The notes: generated from the letters alone by a model not told the origin. DNA of 32,000 nucleotides from Byssovorax sp. (GCA_040006075.1 JBDTXR010000004.1:21457-53456); one strand, 5' to 3'; numbered from the stretch's first letter, positions 1 through 9,889 are shown. Translations and numbers: made by a program.

Positions 1-1
1 G

Positions 2-1438
2 GAGAGCTTCGAGTTTCCGCTGGTGCGCAAGCTCTGCCTCTCCCGCAACCACCTGATCCGCATGTACCCGAGCACGGTGCAGGAGATCCGCTTCTACACC
101 GCCCACGAGCGCAGGTTCCGTCATGGCCTCTGGAAGCTCTTCCTCGGCACCTGGCTCTACTGGCTCATCGGCAGCTTCTTCACCAGGGCTCCCCGCCTGC
201 TCTCGAAGTCGACCATGGCCTCGGAAGAGCCGATCATCAGCCTCGACGCCTGCGACGGAGGATTCGAGTACTCCGACGCCTACCTCCACGACAACGACGC
301 TCGCTTCGTGTGGAACTTCGTGCGATCGGCCCTGGATAAAGGCTGCGTCGCCGCCAACTACGTGGAGTCGCTCGGCGCGGTGCGCGAGGGCGACACCTGG
401 ATCGTGCGGACGAAAGACCACGTGAGCGGCCGCGAGGGCACGGTCCGCGCGAGGGCCCTGATCAACGCCTGCGGACCGTACGTCGACACCCACAACGCGC
501 TCACCAAGGAGGAGACGGGGACTCACCACATCTTCTCCAAGGGCATTCACCTGATCGTCGACAAGCTCACGCCGCACCGGCGGGTGCTCACCTTCTTCGC
601 CGACGACGGCCGCCTCTTCTTCGTGATCCCGATGGGCACGCGCACCTGCATCGGCACCACCGATACCAAGGTAGAGCGCCCCGAGACCCGGGTGACCGAC
701 GAGGATCGTCGCTTCGTGCTCTCGAACATCAACAAGCGCCTGCGCTTGCCCCGCCCGCTCACCGAGGCCGACATCATCGCCGAGCGCTGCGGCGTGCGGC
801 CCCTCGCGGTGCAAGGCTCGTCGGGCGCTTCGGACTGGATGCAGCTCTCGCGCAAGCACGTGATCGAGGTCGACGCGAAGAGCGCCCACGTCAGCGTCTT
901 CGGCGGCAAGCTCACCGACTGCCTCAACGTCGGCGAAGAGCTCTGCGCCGAGATCCGCGGCCTCGGGATCACCCTCGCCGATCCGAAGAAGCGCTGGTAC
1001 GGCGAGCCCGGCGACGACGTGCGCGATCGCTTCTTCGCCGAGGCCAGCGCCATGAAGCTCGACGAGATGACCTCGCCCAGCTCGTCCGAGAAGCTCTCCA
1101 CGCGCCTCTGGCGGCGCTACGGCGAGCAGGCCTTTCGCCTGCTCGAGAGCATCCGCCACGATCGGCAAATGGCCGACGTGCTGATCGAGCGGGCCGAGTA
1201 CCTGCGCTGCGAGATCGCCCACGCCGCCGAGCGCGAGATGATCATCAAGCTCGACGATTTTCTCCGCCGCCGCTCGAAGATCGCGCTGGTGATCCGGCGC
1301 GAGCACCTCCGCGACGCGCCGGGTCTGCGCGAGGCCTGCCGCCTGCTGTTCGGCGCCGAGGCCGACGCGCGTCACGACGAGTATTTCGCCGACGAGGCCG
1401 CGCCGGCGCTAGCGTCGAGCGTCGCCGCTCCGGCCTGA
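2..1438 (+). CDS. FAD-dependent oxidoreductase, glycerol-3-phosphate dehydrogenase (GlpD)-like; 5' end lies outside the window
   Basis: The frame is open from the window edge and no dinucleotide-binding N-terminus is present, so the gene is truncated by the window. Blocks DACDGGFEYSDAYLHDNDARFVWNFVRSALDKG, INACGPYVD, FFVIPMG and AERCGVRPL resemble the central and C-terminal parts of GlpD-type enzymes. Third codon positions are GC-rich. Confidence 0.65.
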   Translation, partial: ESFEFPLVRKLCLSRNHLIRMYPSTVQEIRFYTAHERRFRHGLWKLFLGTWLYWLIGSFFTRAPRLLSKSTMASEEPIISLDACDGGFEYSDAYLHDNDARFVWNFVRSALDKGCVAANYVESLGAVREGDTWIVRTKDHVSGREGTVRARALINACGPYVDTHNALTKEETGTHHIFSKGIHLIVDKLTPHRRVLTFFADDGRLFFVIPMGTRTCIGTTDTKVERPETRVTDEDRRFVLSNINKRLRLPRPLTEADIIAERCGVRPLAVQGSSGASDWMQLSRKHVIEVDAKSAHVSVFGGKLTDCLNVGEELCAEIRGLGITLADPKKRWYGEPGDDVRDRFFAEASAMKLDEMTSPSSSEKLSTRLWRRYGEQAFRLLESIRHDRQMADVLIERAEYLRCEIAHAAEREMIIKLDDFLRRRSKIALVIRREHLRDAPGLREACRLLFGAEADARHDEYFADEAAPALASSVAAPA

Positions 1439-1505
1439 ACCACGCACGAAACAAGCCTCGAGCCCTCTCGCGACGCGCGGACGGTCGTGGTACGCGTGGC
1501 GCACC

Positions 1506-3191
1506 GTGCAGACCGCCAAGGCCTTCCCCGAAGAGCTCAACCTCGCCGACTATTTTCTCTTCGATCGCCTCGCCGAAGGGCTGGGCGACAAGGTCGCGGT
1601 CCTCTTCGGCGAGCAGCGGCTCACCTACGCGGACGTCGCCGATCGCGTCCGGGCCCTCCGTGGCTTCTTCGCGACCTCCGGAGTCCGCCGCGAAGAGCGG
1701 GTGCTCATTGCCCTCCACGACACGCCGGCCTTCGTGTACGCCTTCTTCGCGACGCTCCACCAGGGCGCCGTCGTGGCCATGGGCAACCCCGACGCGCCCC
1801 CCGACGATCTCGCGTACCTGGTCGAGTACACCCGCGCTTCGGTGGTGGTAACCAACCCTCGCGCCGCCGCCGCCATTCGCCCCGCGCTCGCCGCCGCGGG
1901 CCTGCGCGCGCTGATCCTCGTCCCCGAGGTCGCCACCGGCGCCGACGTCGAGGCCGATATCACGCCGCCGCTCGCGCTCGCCGCGCTCTCACCCATCTCG
2001 CTCCGCGACGCGATCGACCAGGGTCGTTACAGCCAGGCTCGGCCGCCGCGACCGACCCGGCGCGACGACATCGCCATCTGGCTCTTCACCTCGGGATCGA
2101 CCGGCCGGAGCAAGGCGGCAATCCACACCCACCGCGATTTTGCCTTCAACACCGAGCATTACGCCAAGAGCACCGTCGGTTACCAAGCGGGCGACGTCAC
2201 CGTGTCTGTCCCGCGGCTCTTCTTCGGCTACGCCACCGGGACGAACCTGATGTTCCCGTTCGCGGTGGGCGCGACGACGGCCCTCTTCGCCGAGCGGCCC
2301 ACGCCGGAGGCGCTCACGGCGGCGATCGAGCGCCATCGTCCCACGGTGGTCACCAACGTCCCCACCATGATGGGCAAGCTCCTCGAGCTCGACGACTCCC
2401 GCGCTGCCACGGGCAAACCCCGCCTCGACTTCTCCAGCGTGCGATTCCACCTCTCCGCCGGCGAGGCGCTCCCACCCGCGCTCCTGGTGCGCTTCACCGA
2501 GCGGTTCCCGTCCGACGTCTACGACGGCATCGGATCGGCCGAGATGTTTCACATCTACTGCTCGAACCGCCCCGGCGACATCAAGCCCGGATCGCTCGGG
2601 CGGGTGGTGGAGGGCTATCAGGTCAAGGTCCTCTCCTCGGACGCGACGGCGCCGGGAGAGCCCGAGCTCCCGCGCGGCGAAACGGGCGTGATGTGGGTCA
2701 AGGGCGACTCGGTCGCTCTCGGCTATTTCCAGGATCGCGACAAGAGCTGGGCCACGTTCTCCGGCCACTGGTGCCGCACGGGCGATCTCTTCCGTCTCGA
2801 CGACGAAGGCTACCTGTGGTTCAGCGGCCGCGCCGACGATCTCCTCAAGGTGGGTGGCATCTGGGTGGCCCCGACCGAGGTCGAAGAGTGCCTGATGCGC
2901 CACCCGGCCGTCTCGCTCGCTGCGGTGATCGGCGCCGAGGAAGAAGGCCTGGTGAAGCCCAAGGCCTACATCGTGGTGCGCGAAGAAAAGCGGGCCTTGT
3001 GCGCGACGGAAGAGGGGCAGCGGGCCCTCGCGGCCGAGCTCAAGGACCACGTGAAAGAGCGCCTGAGCAAGCACAAGTACCCGCGCTGGGTGGTCTTCAC
3101 CGACGACGTCCCCAAGAACGATCGCGGCAAGGTGGACAAGAAGACGCTGAAGGCCCAGGAGGCCTCCGGCGAGAGCCCGAAGGGGCACTGA
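1506..3191 (+). CDS. AMP-dependent acyl-CoA ligase, benzoate/4-hydroxybenzoate-CoA ligase family
   Basis: 561-aa ORF with a GTG start. It carries the adenylate-forming signatures LFTSGSTGRSKAAIHTHRD, FFGYATGTNLMFPF, YDGIGSAEM, WCRTGDLF and GRADDLLKVGGIWV. Confidence 0.8.
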   Translation: MQTAKAFPEELNLADYFLFDRLAEGLGDKVAVLFGEQRLTYADVADRVRALRGFFATSGVRREERVLIALHDTPAFVYAFFATLHQGAVVAMGNPDAPPDDLAYLVEYTRASVVVTNPRAAAAIRPALAAAGLRALILVPEVATGADVEADITPPLALAALSPISLRDAIDQGRYSQARPPRPTRRDDIAIWLFTSGSTGRSKAAIHTHRDFAFNTEHYAKSTVGYQAGDVTVSVPRLFFGYATGTNLMFPFAVGATTALFAERPTPEALTAAIERHRPTVVTNVPTMMGKLLELDDSRAATGKPRLDFSSVRFHLSAGEALPPALLVRFTERFPSDVYDGIGSAEMFHIYCSNRPGDIKPGSLGRVVEGYQVKVLSSDATAPGEPELPRGETGVMWVKGDSVALGYFQDRDKSWATFSGHWCRTGDLFRLDDEGYLWFSGRADDLLKVGGIWVAPTEVEECLMRHPAVSLAAVIGAEEEGLVKPKAYIVVREEKRALCATEEGQRALAAELKDHVKERLSKHKYPRWVVFTDDVPKNDRGKVDKKTLKAQEASGESPKGH

Positions 3192-3195
3192 GCCC

Positions 3196-3957
3196 GTGGC
3201 CCGACGGATCGCCGAGCTGACCACCGAGTCCCTGAAGGCTCTCCTGGCGACGCACGCGGTCGTCGCCCTGGTCCCGGTCGGATCGGTCGAGCCGCACGGC
3301 CCGCACCTGCCGCTCGGGACCGACACGGTGATCAGCGAAGCGGCGATTGCCCGCGCGGCGATCCTCCTGGAAAACCAGCCTGAACGGCCGATAGCGGCCC
3401 TCCTCGCCCCCCCGATCCCCTACGGCGTCACCTGCTTTGCAGAGGGCTTTGCCGGGGCGATCTCCGTCCCCGCCGAGGCGCTCACCGCCTTTGCGCGGGC
3501 CGTCGTCGCGGGCTATCTGGCCACCGGGTTCACCCATGTTTGCCTGGTCAACAACCACCTCGAGCCGGCGCACGACGCCGCCGTCCGCGCCGCGGTGACG
3601 GGCTTTCCCGCGGGCCGCGCCTCGATCGCCTGCCCCCTCTCGCGCCGCTGGGGTCGTACCCTCTCGGCCGAGTTCAAGAGCGGTGCTTGCCACGCCGGCC
3701 GCTACGAGACTTCGCTGGTGCTCGCCGCGGCGCCTGCCACGGTGGACACCGCGGCTGCCAGCGCTCTCCCCGATCTCGCGGTGAGCCTCTCCGACGGAAT
3801 CAAGGCCGGAAAGCACAGCTTCAAGGCCATGGGGCTCGATCATGCGTACACCGGCGCTCCCGCCCGCGCGACCGCCGCCGAGGGCGCCGAGCTGCTCTTG
3901 CTCCTCGGTACGATGATCGCGACCGAGGTCACCGAAGGGCTCGCCGCGATCTCGTAA
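3196..3957 (+). CDS. creatininase-family amidohydrolase
   Basis: 253-aa ORF with a GTG start 4 nt after the previous stop. The N-terminal block PVGSVEPHGPHLPLGTDTVISEA and the later NNHLEPAH and CHAGRYETS blocks are typical of the creatininase fold family. Confidence 0.7.
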   Translation: MARRIAELTTESLKALLATHAVVALVPVGSVEPHGPHLPLGTDTVISEAAIARAAILLENQPERPIAALLAPPIPYGVTCFAEGFAGAISVPAEALTAFARAVVAGYLATGFTHVCLVNNHLEPAHDAAVRAAVTGFPAGRASIACPLSRRWGRTLSAEFKSGACHAGRYETSLVLAAAPATVDTAAASALPDLAVSLSDGIKAGKHSFKAMGLDHAYTGAPARATAAEGAELLLLLGTMIATEVTEGLAAIS

Positions 3958-4034
3958 ACGCCCGACAGAGCGGGCGCGACGGGATCCGGTCTTCCGCCCC
4001 CTCACGCGAGCGGAGCAGATATAGTGCGCGCCCC

Positions 4035-6068
4035 ATGAATCCGGCCGCACCCGATGACGACGCGCTCGAGGGCCTGATCGGCGCGGTCGTGCCGTCGGCG
4101 GTCGTGGCCGGCGTCGGGTATCGCATCGTGTGGCGCATCGGCGAGGGCGCGATGAGCGTCGTCTTCTACGCGATCCGGATCACGCCGCAGGGCGAATCGC
4201 CGGTGGTGGTGAAGGTGCTCCGGCCCTCGTTCGTCCAGCGCGCCGGGCCCACCGCGGCGCTGATCATCAAGAAGGAATCGATCGCCCTCGGCCGCCTCAA
4301 CGAGCGCGTCCCGCCCACGCCGTTCGTCATTCGCTTCATCGACACCGGGACCTTCGGGGTGACGATCGGCGAGCGCCGCGTCGAGCTGCCGTGGGTCGTC
4401 GTCGAGTACGTGCACGGCGGGGCCGAGGGCACCACGCTCTCCGAGCGCGTCGAGCACAGCCTCCGCGCCACCGGCTCGGGCTTCGATCCTTCCCGCGCCG
4501 CGCACGCCGTCGAGTGCCTCGCGAGCGGCCTCGTCGCGGTCCACGAGGTCGGGGTGATCCACCGCGATCTCAAGCCCGACAACGTCCTCTGCTGCGGCTT
4601 CGGCGCCGAGGAGATCTTCAAGATCGCCGACTTCGGCGTGGCCCGCCCGACCGGGATCGCCACCTTCAGCGGCGCCATCGTCGGCACCCCGGGCTTCGTC
4701 GCGCCCGAGCTGACCGCAGGCGATTCCAAGGCGATCGGGCCCTGGAGCGACATCTTCAGCCTCGCCGCGGTGATCTTCTACATGCTCACCGGCGAAGAGT
4801 ATTTCATCGCCAAGAACCCGGCCGAGGCGATCATGCAGGCCGTCAGCCCCAGGCGGCGCAGCATCCGCGACACCGCCGGGCTCTCGCCCGAGCTCCGCGG
4901 CAACGCCGAGGCCTGCCGCGCGATCGACTTCGCCCTCGGCTGCGGCAGCTCGGCGAAGATCGACGCTCGCCCCCACCGCGCCGACGCCCTCGCGGCGATG
5001 CTCACCCCGTGGCTCCGCGTCGAGGCGCCGCGCCCCAGCCTCATGGCGCGCCGCCTCGATCAGATCCGCGAGGACGACGATCCCACGCAGATCCAGCGCT
5101 GGACCTGGACCACGCTCCGCAACGCCGTGCAGGGCATGGTCGTGCGCAGCGTGGCCTGGGACGCCGACGGCCGCGCGATGGCGGCCACCGGTCACGGCAT
5201 CGCGTTCTGGAACGGCGACGCGTGGCGCGACGTCAGCCTCGAGGGCTTTCCCAGCCCGGGCGGCGTGCGCTTCGTGCAGCGCGTCGGCGCGGGCGAGTGG
5301 CTGATCGGCGGCGACAACGCCACGTTCGCCACCGTCGGCGCGAACGGCGTCACCGGCGTACGCATGCTCCAGCCCGGCAACATCACCCGCTTCGATCGCA
5401 TCAGCGGCGACTTCGACGATCTGGCGATCCTCGTCGGCTCGGGATCGAGCGGCCCGCCGCACCTCTGCGCGCGCACCGGCAAGCGCTGGCTCAAGCCGTT
5501 CCCGCTCCCCGACGTCGCCGTCGTCACCTCGCTCGCGCGGGTCGAGGACGCGAAGTGGATCGTCGCCGGGCGCCTCACCGAGGGCGAGGGCTTCGCCGCG
5601 GTCTACTCGCCGCTCGACGCCGAGATCGAGCGCCTCCCGGGCGCCAGCGTGCGCGCGTTCCTCTCGTGCGCGGGCCTCTGGGATCGCTCCACGGCCATGG
5701 CCACCGGCGCCGACGGCGCGGTGATCTGGCGCCAGGGATTGCTGGTCACCAACGAAATAGTGTCCGGTGGACACGATCTCTCGGCCTCGGGCATCGACGC
5801 GGTCGGCCGCGGGTGGGCCGCGAGCGCGGGCAAGATCTGGCTCCGCCGCACCGTCACCATCTCGGCGCGCGCGCTGACGACGGCGCGCTGGGACTGCGTG
5901 TGGGACGAGCCGCGCTGGACGATGCCGATCGTCTCGCTCTTCGCCGACCTCGGCGTGGTGATCGGGATGACGGCCGAGGGCGGCGTGATCGAGGGCCGCG
6001 TGCTCAACGTCACGCTCATCGACGACGGCGACGTCGCCGACGCGCCGGAGAGCCTCGTCCGGCGCTGA
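4035..6068 (+). CDS. Ser/Thr protein kinase with a large C-terminal domain of unknown function
   Basis: Hanks-kinase motifs are present: GEGAMSVVF, VVVKVL, HRDLKPDNVL, ADFGVA, GTPGFVAPE. I chose ATG 4035 because the in-frame extension back to 3540 overlaps the creatininase gene. About 380 C-terminal residues have no recognisable motif and may form a repeat or beta-propeller fold. Confidence 0.8.
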   Translation: MNPAAPDDDALEGLIGAVVPSAVVAGVGYRIVWRIGEGAMSVVFYAIRITPQGESPVVVKVLRPSFVQRAGPTAALIIKKESIALGRLNERVPPTPFVIRFIDTGTFGVTIGERRVELPWVVVEYVHGGAEGTTLSERVEHSLRATGSGFDPSRAAHAVECLASGLVAVHEVGVIHRDLKPDNVLCCGFGAEEIFKIADFGVARPTGIATFSGAIVGTPGFVAPELTAGDSKAIGPWSDIFSLAAVIFYMLTGEEYFIAKNPAEAIMQAVSPRRRSIRDTAGLSPELRGNAEACRAIDFALGCGSSAKIDARPHRADALAAMLTPWLRVEAPRPSLMARRLDQIREDDDPTQIQRWTWTTLRNAVQGMVVRSVAWDADGRAMAATGHGIAFWNGDAWRDVSLEGFPSPGGVRFVQRVGAGEWLIGGDNATFATVGANGVTGVRMLQPGNITRFDRISGDFDDLAILVGSGSSGPPHLCARTGKRWLKPFPLPDVAVVTSLARVEDAKWIVAGRLTEGEGFAAVYSPLDAEIERLPGASVRAFLSCAGLWDRSTAMATGADGAVIWRQGLLVTNEIVSGGHDLSASGIDAVGRGWAASAGKIWLRRTVTISARALTTARWDCVWDEPRWTMPIVSLFADLGVVIGMTAEGGVIEGRVLNVTLIDDGDVADAPESLVRR

Positions 6069-6106
6069 ACTTGGCCCCGTGACGCCGGAGCCGATACGGC
6101 CGTCGC

Positions 6107-7729
6107 ATGCGCGCGCGGTTCGCTCTCTTCCTCTCGGCCTTCGCGGCGAGCACCCTCAGCGCGGGGTGTCCGATCCGCGACGACGCTCCCGTGAAGGACG
6201 TCGCCCGCGCGACTCCGAGCCCGGCGCCGCCGTCGCTCCCGCTGCCTGCGCCGCCGCTGCCCGCGCAGGCCACGCCGATGATCGCGCCCCCGACGATCGC
6301 CGCCGATCCAACCGATCTCGCGACGCTCCCGCCGGACCTCGTCGACGACGGCTCCGACGACGTCCTCGACGCCGAGCCCACGCCGCCTCCCGTCGTTCAC
6401 GGCGAAGTCGACGAGCTCGCCAGCACCGCGAAGGAGACCTGGATCTTCGCGGAGCCGAGCTGGAAGGCTCGCCGGATTGGCTATCTCCGCGCCGGCGCCG
6501 TGGTCCCGCGCCGGGCCGAGCCCGCGCTGAAGAGCAGCGCGTGCGCCGAGGGCTGGTATCGAATCGAGCCGCGCGGCTACGTCTGCGTCGGCGCGACGGC
6601 CACGCTCAACGTCTTCGATCCCGTCGTCGAAGCCTCGGTGAAGCGCCCTCGCCGCGACGGCCTCCCGTACACCTACGTGATGTCGCGCTCGCCGCCGCCG
6701 CCCTTCTACGCGCGGCTCCCCGGCGCCGAAGAGGCCCGATCGGTCGAGTCGGATCTCCCGAGCCATCTCCGCCAGGCCGCCCGCTCCGCGCTCGAGCCGG
6801 GCTACGTCGCGCCGCCCACCGCCGAGTCGGTCCCGGGCTTCTTGCTCTATGGCGGCAACGCCCCCGGCCTCTCGGGCGTGCATCGATCGCTGCACGCGCT
6901 CGATCTCGGCCACGCGCACGCCCGCTCCGGCTTCGCGCTGCTCTCGACCTTCGACTACGAGGGTCGCCGCTACGGCCTCACCACCGAGCTCGCGGTGCTC
7001 CCGCTCGATCGCACGCGGGTGATCAAACCGAGCACGTTTTCAGGCAAGAAGCTCGACGACGAGGCCACCCTCCCGGTGGTGTTCGTACGCAGCCACCACG
7101 CCTCGCGCTTCGTCTCCGGCGCGGGCGGCGCGCTCACGCCGGGCGACGCGATCGGCTTTCGCGAGGCGATCCCGATCACCGGCACGAGCCGCCGCGCCTC
7201 GGGCGTGACGTACCTCGAGGCCCGCGACGGCACGCTGATCCGCGAAGAGCAGACGGTGCGCGTCGACAGGCTCCATCACCCGCCCGCGTGGGCCACGGGC
7301 AAGCGCCGCTGGATCGACGTCTCGATCCTCCGCCAGACCCTCGTGGCCTACGAGGGCGCAAAGCCCGTCTACACCACGCTCGTCTCCACCGGCGCCGACG
7401 GCCTGGGCGATCCGAAGAAGACGCACTCCACCATCCAGGGCGCGTTCCTGATCCACACCAAGCACCTCTCGGTGACGATGGATGAAGACCGCGTCGGCGA
7501 CGAGTTCGACTTCCGCGACGTCCCCTTCGTGCAGTATTTCACCGAGGGCTACGCCTTCCACGCGGCCTACTGGCACGACGAGTTCGGCACGCCCCGCAGC
7601 CACGGCTGCGTCAACCTCTCGCCCCTCGACGCGGCCTGGCTCTTCAACTGGACCGATCCCGAGGTGCCCGCCGCGTGGCACGGCGCGCTGTCGCTGAAGA
7701 AGGGCACGCTGGTCTTCATCCACCCTTGA
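6107..7729 (+). CDS. L,D-transpeptidase (YkuD) family lipoprotein
   Basis: The signal peptide has a lipobox (FAASTLSAGC) followed by a Pro/Ala-rich linker. The C-terminal catalytic block is FHAAYWHDEFGTPRSHGCVNLSPLDAAWLFNW, with the His and Cys of the YkuD fold. Confidence 0.8.
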   Translation: MRARFALFLSAFAASTLSAGCPIRDDAPVKDVARATPSPAPPSLPLPAPPLPAQATPMIAPPTIAADPTDLATLPPDLVDDGSDDVLDAEPTPPPVVHGEVDELASTAKETWIFAEPSWKARRIGYLRAGAVVPRRAEPALKSSACAEGWYRIEPRGYVCVGATATLNVFDPVVEASVKRPRRDGLPYTYVMSRSPPPPFYARLPGAEEARSVESDLPSHLRQAARSALEPGYVAPPTAESVPGFLLYGGNAPGLSGVHRSLHALDLGHAHARSGFALLSTFDYEGRRYGLTTELAVLPLDRTRVIKPSTFSGKKLDDEATLPVVFVRSHHASRFVSGAGGALTPGDAIGFREAIPITGTSRRASGVTYLEARDGTLIREEQTVRVDRLHHPPAWATGKRRWIDVSILRQTLVAYEGAKPVYTTLVSTGADGLGDPKKTHSTIQGAFLIHTKHLSVTMDEDRVGDEFDFRDVPFVQYFTEGYAFHAAYWHDEFGTPRSHGCVNLSPLDAAWLFNWTDPEVPAAWHGALSLKKGTLVFIHP

Positions 7730-7774
7730 GCTGGAGCCTTTCCGGCGGCGCGCGGGCGCGGTACACGCGAGCGC

Positions 7775-8962
7775 ATGGCCACCACCCCCGAGCCGCTCTC
7801 GCTCGATCAGCTCATCTCCATCGACCCGCTCCTCACCGAGGAAGAGCGGATGATCCGCGACTCCGTGCGCCGCTTCGTGCGTGAGCGCTACCTCCCGCGC
7901 GCCGCGGATCTCTTCGCCAACGAGCAGTTCGCGACCGACCTCATCCCCGAGATCGCGGCGATGGGCCTGCTCGGCGGATCGCTCACGGGGTACGGCTGCG
8001 CGGGGATGAACACCGTCGCCTACGGCCTCGCGGTGCAGGAGCTCGAGTACGGCGACAGCGGCCTCCGCAGCTTCGTCAGCGTGCAAGGCTCGCTCGCGAT
8101 GTGGCCGATCTGGAAGTACGGCTCCGAGGAGCAAAAGCAGCGCTTTTTGCCGCGGATGGCGACCGCCGAGCTCATCGGCTGCTTCGGCCTCACCGAGCCG
8201 GACAGCGGCTCCGACCCCAGCTCCATGAAGACCCGCGCTCGCACCGACGGCGACGACTTCGTCCTCACGGGCACCAAGATGTGGATCACCAGCTCGCCGA
8301 TCGCGCACCTCGCGGTGGTGTGGGCCAAGGTCGACGACGGAGGCGCCGAGTCGATCCGCGGCTTCATCGTCGAGCGAGGAATGAAGGGGTTCGAGACCCC
8401 CACCGTGCACGGCAAGATGAGCCTGCGCGCGAGCCCCACGGGAGAGATCGTGCTGAGCGAGGTGCGCGTCCCGAAGGCCAACATGCTCCCCGACGTGATC
8501 GGCTTGAAGGGCCCGCTCGGCTGCCTCACGCAGGCTCGCTTCGGCATCTCGTGGGGCGCGCTAGGCGCCGCGCGCGCCTGCTACGACGCCGCCCTCGCGT
8601 ACGCGCGCGAGCGCGTGCAGTTCGACAAACCGATCGCCTCGAAGCAGCTCATCCAGGAGCAGCTCGTCGAGATGGCCATGGAGATCGCCAAGGGCCAGAT
8701 CATGGCGCTGCACTACGGGCGGCTGAAGGACACGAGCGGCATCAGCCCGGTCCAGGTCTCGCTCTGCAAGAAGAACAACGTGGCCTGGGCGCTGAAGATC
8801 GCCCGCACCGCCCGCGGGATCCTCGGCGGAAACGGCATCCTCCTCGATTACCCGGTCATCCGTCACATGCTGAACCTGGAGAGCGTCTACACCTACGAGG
8901 GGACCAACGAGGTCCACACCCTCATCCTCGGGAACGCCCTGACCGGACACAACGCGTTCTAG
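7775..8962 (+). CDS. gcdH: glutaryl-CoA dehydrogenase (acyl-CoA dehydrogenase family)
   Basis: 395-aa ORF. The blocks GCFGLTEPDSGSDPSSMKT, KMWITSSP, QFDKPIASKQLIQEQL and YTYEGTNEVHTLILG match the glutaryl-CoA dehydrogenase subgroup of acyl-CoA dehydrogenases. Confidence 0.85.
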   Translation: MATTPEPLSLDQLISIDPLLTEEERMIRDSVRRFVRERYLPRAADLFANEQFATDLIPEIAAMGLLGGSLTGYGCAGMNTVAYGLAVQELEYGDSGLRSFVSVQGSLAMWPIWKYGSEEQKQRFLPRMATAELIGCFGLTEPDSGSDPSSMKTRARTDGDDFVLTGTKMWITSSPIAHLAVVWAKVDDGGAESIRGFIVERGMKGFETPTVHGKMSLRASPTGEIVLSEVRVPKANMLPDVIGLKGPLGCLTQARFGISWGALGAARACYDAALAYARERVQFDKPIASKQLIQEQLVEMAMEIAKGQIMALHYGRLKDTSGISPVQVSLCKKNNVAWALKIARTARGILGGNGILLDYPVIRHMLNLESVYTYEGTNEVHTLILGNALTGHNAF

Positions 8963-9075
8963 GCATCTTGCGTAAATGGTTGAAAGAACAGCCAAAATAC
9001 GGCGGATTTCACCATAAAAACCGGACGGACCGTCCCCATCGCGAAAAATAAAAGCGCAAGGGCGAAACTTTTCTC

Positions 9076-9104
9076 TTGCCCGCTCCGTCGAAGACCCGTA
9101 TTAA
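9076..9104 (+). promoter_or_regulatory. sigma70-like promoter P1 (TTGCCC - 17 nt - TATTAA)
   Basis: The -35 is TTGCCC at 9076-9081, the spacer is 17 nt, and the -10 is TATTAA at 9099-9104. An A/T-rich tract (about 9038-9070) lies upstream. The same layout is conserved in the second copy at 10245-10273. Confidence 0.5.
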
Positions 9105-9124
9105 TCAGCCACTAGGAATTCGCC

Positions 9125-9313
9125 ATGACACCCCGCCTGACCAACGACCAACCTCTGAACAAGAAGCCCACCATGTGGGATAGTCTTGCCCAGGGGGCGT
9201 CCTTGGCCGGGCGCGTCGAAAGCGGATATCACTTCACGTTTGCCCATGCCTTCGGTTGTCAGGTCGCGTCGCGAATTGCGCGCAGGCTCGGTACCCCGGA
9301 GGATGGCTCCTAG
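9125..9313 (+). CDS. small conserved ORF, 62 aa, copy 1 (unknown function)
   Basis: AGGAA lies 6 nt upstream of the ATG. A paralogue at 10294-10482 has the same length and an aligned stop. The two 6-nt indels between the copies keep the frame. Five of 7 substitutions across the ...FGCQVASRIA... segment are synonymous. Confidence 0.5.
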   Translation: MTPRLTNDQPLNKKPTMWDSLAQGASLAGRVESGYHFTFAHAFGCQVASRIARRLGTPEDGS

Positions 9314-9348
9314 AGCGGCACCAACACCCGTCATTCCGTGACGATTGT

Positions 9349-9380
9349 GAAGGCCGCCCAGGGAAACCCAGGCGGCCTTC
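9349..9380 (+). terminator. conserved GC hairpin, copy 1 (terminator/attenuator or processing hairpin after small ORF 1)
   Basis: A 10-bp stem GAAGGCCGCC/GGCGGCCTTC encloses a loop that can pair further (GGG-AAA-CCC). It is followed by GGCGTTTCC, which is only a weak U-tract. Homologous hairpins lie at 9784-9816 and 10518-10550. Confidence 0.4.
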
Positions 9381-9783
9381 GGCGTTTCCGGGGTCCGGTT
9401 CTCGAACCGGATCTCGGCGCGGCGAGCCGCTCGGTCTCCGGAGTCATCAACAGCGTGGGCCGGTCGACCAGACCAGCGATTTATTTGTGCGCCCGGGGTG
9501 CGAACCAGGGGTGTGCAACAGGGGAGTAGTGCGTCCAGCGGGGGTGAGATGGGGAGTCTCATCTGGTCTGCTGGGCTTCGGGACAACCATTATGAAGCGG
9601 TGGACTACCATTAACGTCGCATTGAGCGCGAGCGATCTCCATCGCCCGCAGCATTGCGAATTCAATGGTTTGGCGTCATCGCGACCAATCGCCTCCAGCG
9701 GAGCGCAAGCGCGCTCGTTCGGCCTCGCCGGGCAGCTCGGGGATCGCTCCTAGGGCACCATTCGCCGTCGATTTCGACGCGCG

Positions 9784-9816
9784 GAGGGCCGCCCCGGGAC
9801 ACCGAGGCGGCCTTCG
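9784..9816 (+). terminator. conserved GC hairpin, copy 3 (orphan 3' fragment of the small-ORF module)
   Basis: The stem is GAGGGCCGCC/GGCGGCCTTC. An A-U pair in copy 1 is replaced here by G.U. The flanks GCTCCTAG...CACC upstream and TTCGCCGTTTCAGGGTC downstream align with the ends of copies 1 and 2 (region 9745-9829). Confidence 0.35.
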
Positions 9817-9889
9817 CCGTTTCAGGGTCAGGGGTAGTGACAGACACGTCGTGTGCGCGGCGTGGTCGGGGAACGTGCGCCATTTCTAT

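Noticed and set aside
1487-6082. Alternative-frame and antisense ORFs overlapping the ligase, creatininase and kinase genes (1487-3220, 1989-3326 minus, 3097-4050 minus, 4002-5774 minus, 4130-6082, and the 3540 start of the kinase frame).
   Set aside because: These are Arg/Pro/Gly-rich translations without motifs. The chosen frames carry recognisable family signatures and GC3 bias.
9125-9395. The duplicated module might be a Y RNA or another long ncRNA rather than a coding region. One trial helix is GAC(C)AACC/GGTTGTC with a bulged C.
   Set aside because: The trial helix is not maintained in copy 2 (GGCTGCC there). The frame-preserving indels, aligned stops and synonymous-biased substitutions fit a small ORF better. 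An RNA role for the downstream hairpin is retained.
9592-9753. A possible third small ORF (MKRWTTINVALSASDL...GQLGDRS) ends at the orphan TCCTAG and GC hairpin.
   Set aside because: It shows only marginal similarity to the two 62-aa ORFs and has no promoter or Shine-Dalgarno equivalent. It is probably a decayed remnant.
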